In this document: one piece after another, positions 31,801 to 32,000 of the stretch
Layout of the letters: every line of letters starts with the position of its first letter
How positions within the stretch are numbered: position 1 is the first letter of the stretch
NCBI RefSeq assembly: GCF_001997385.1
Contig: NZ_CP019633.1
Coordinates: forward strand, 1,080,001-1,112,000
DNA length: 32,000 nucleotides
Reading direction: 5' to 3'
DNA from: Sedimentisphaera cyanobacteriorum
GTDB lineage: Bacteria; Planctomycetota; Phycisphaerae; Sedimentisphaerales; Sedimentisphaeraceae
Made by a program: the position numbers and the translations under genes
Notes under the pieces: generated by a model
Told to the model about the DNA's origin: nothing
The model's database searches: none
Seen by the model: only the letters and a program-made list of their open reading frames with translations

Positions 31801-31845
31801 GCCCGGCACGGGCCTGCGTAACGCTCGGCCGGGGCGTATGTTTTT
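31801..31845 (+). promoter_or_regulatory. GC-rich structured element plus T5 run in the rpsO leader
   Basis: GCCCG-gca-CGGGC is a perfect local hairpin (31801..31813). It competes with a long-range pairing of GCCCGGC (31801..31807) with GCCGGGGC (31828..31835), followed by gtatgTTTTT (T run 31841..31845). Confidence 0.3.
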
Positions 31846-31867
31846 AAAGTAACAAGAAAGGTTTCAA

Positions 31868-32000
31868 ATGATAAACAAGGAAAAGAAAAGTCAAATTATC
31901 TCTGACTACCAGACAGACCAGAAAGACACTGGGTCTCCCGAGGTTCAGGTTGCGATTCTCACAGCGAGAATCAATGAGCTCACCGAACACCTGAAAACCC
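31868..32000 (+). CDS. rpsO: 30S ribosomal protein S15 (5' partial, runs off the window)
   Basis: My own translation is [44 protein letters not shown]. The DTGS-EVQVA-LT-I--L block is diagnostic of S15. It is absent from the ORF track because it is truncated. Confidence 0.9.
   Translation, partial: MINKEKKSQIISDYQTDQKDTGSPEVQVAILTARINELTEHLKT

Overview
This is a gene-dense chromosomal window of moderate GC with about 26 protein genes, one tRNA and one insertion sequence. Nearly all of it is housekeeping. Reading left to right: a NahK-like sugar-1-kinase interrupted and duplicated by an IS; rpmA (L27) and rpsT (S20); panD-lgt-rhomboid on the plus strand; pepF, a YhaM-like exoribonuclease and ptsP on the minus strand; two tandem secreted GH2 beta-galactosidases; an S8-like protein with a dockerin-like tail, followed by an unusually long signal peptidase I and an inositol monophosphatase; a PEP-CTERM protein; cca-rsmD-argF-argD-argB; tRNA-Thr(UGU); a family-5 ABC solute-binding protein with no transporter partners; a lipoprotein; and the 5' end of rpsO (S15). 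The PEP-CTERM tail, dockerin-like repeats and zinc-ribbon LepB suggest a PVC-type host (Planctomycetota, Kiritimatiellota or Verrucomicrobiota-like), but that is inference only. I found no CRISPR array, defence island, toxin-antitoxin pair, biosynthetic cluster or other multi-gene system that looks novel. The most unusual signals are these. (1) A 1.87-kb IS1634-family element is flanked by a ~721-bp direct duplication of its target with one mismatch, which leaves an intact kinase gene plus a dead 3' fragment. (2) A 194-bp 5' cassette (upstream region, RBS and signal-peptide codons) is about 94% identical between two GH2 paralogs whose coding bodies have diverged strongly. It contains a dyad whose only arm substitution still pairs as G:U in the sense RNA. 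(3) The signal peptidase I carries a CxxC...CxxC insertion and an enlarged non-catalytic domain. (4) Several candidate cis-elements are present: a consensus promoter giving an apparently leaderless transposase mRNA, an ARG-box-like site, and a structured rpsO leader. Coordinates for promoters and hairpins come from manual reading and are hypotheses.
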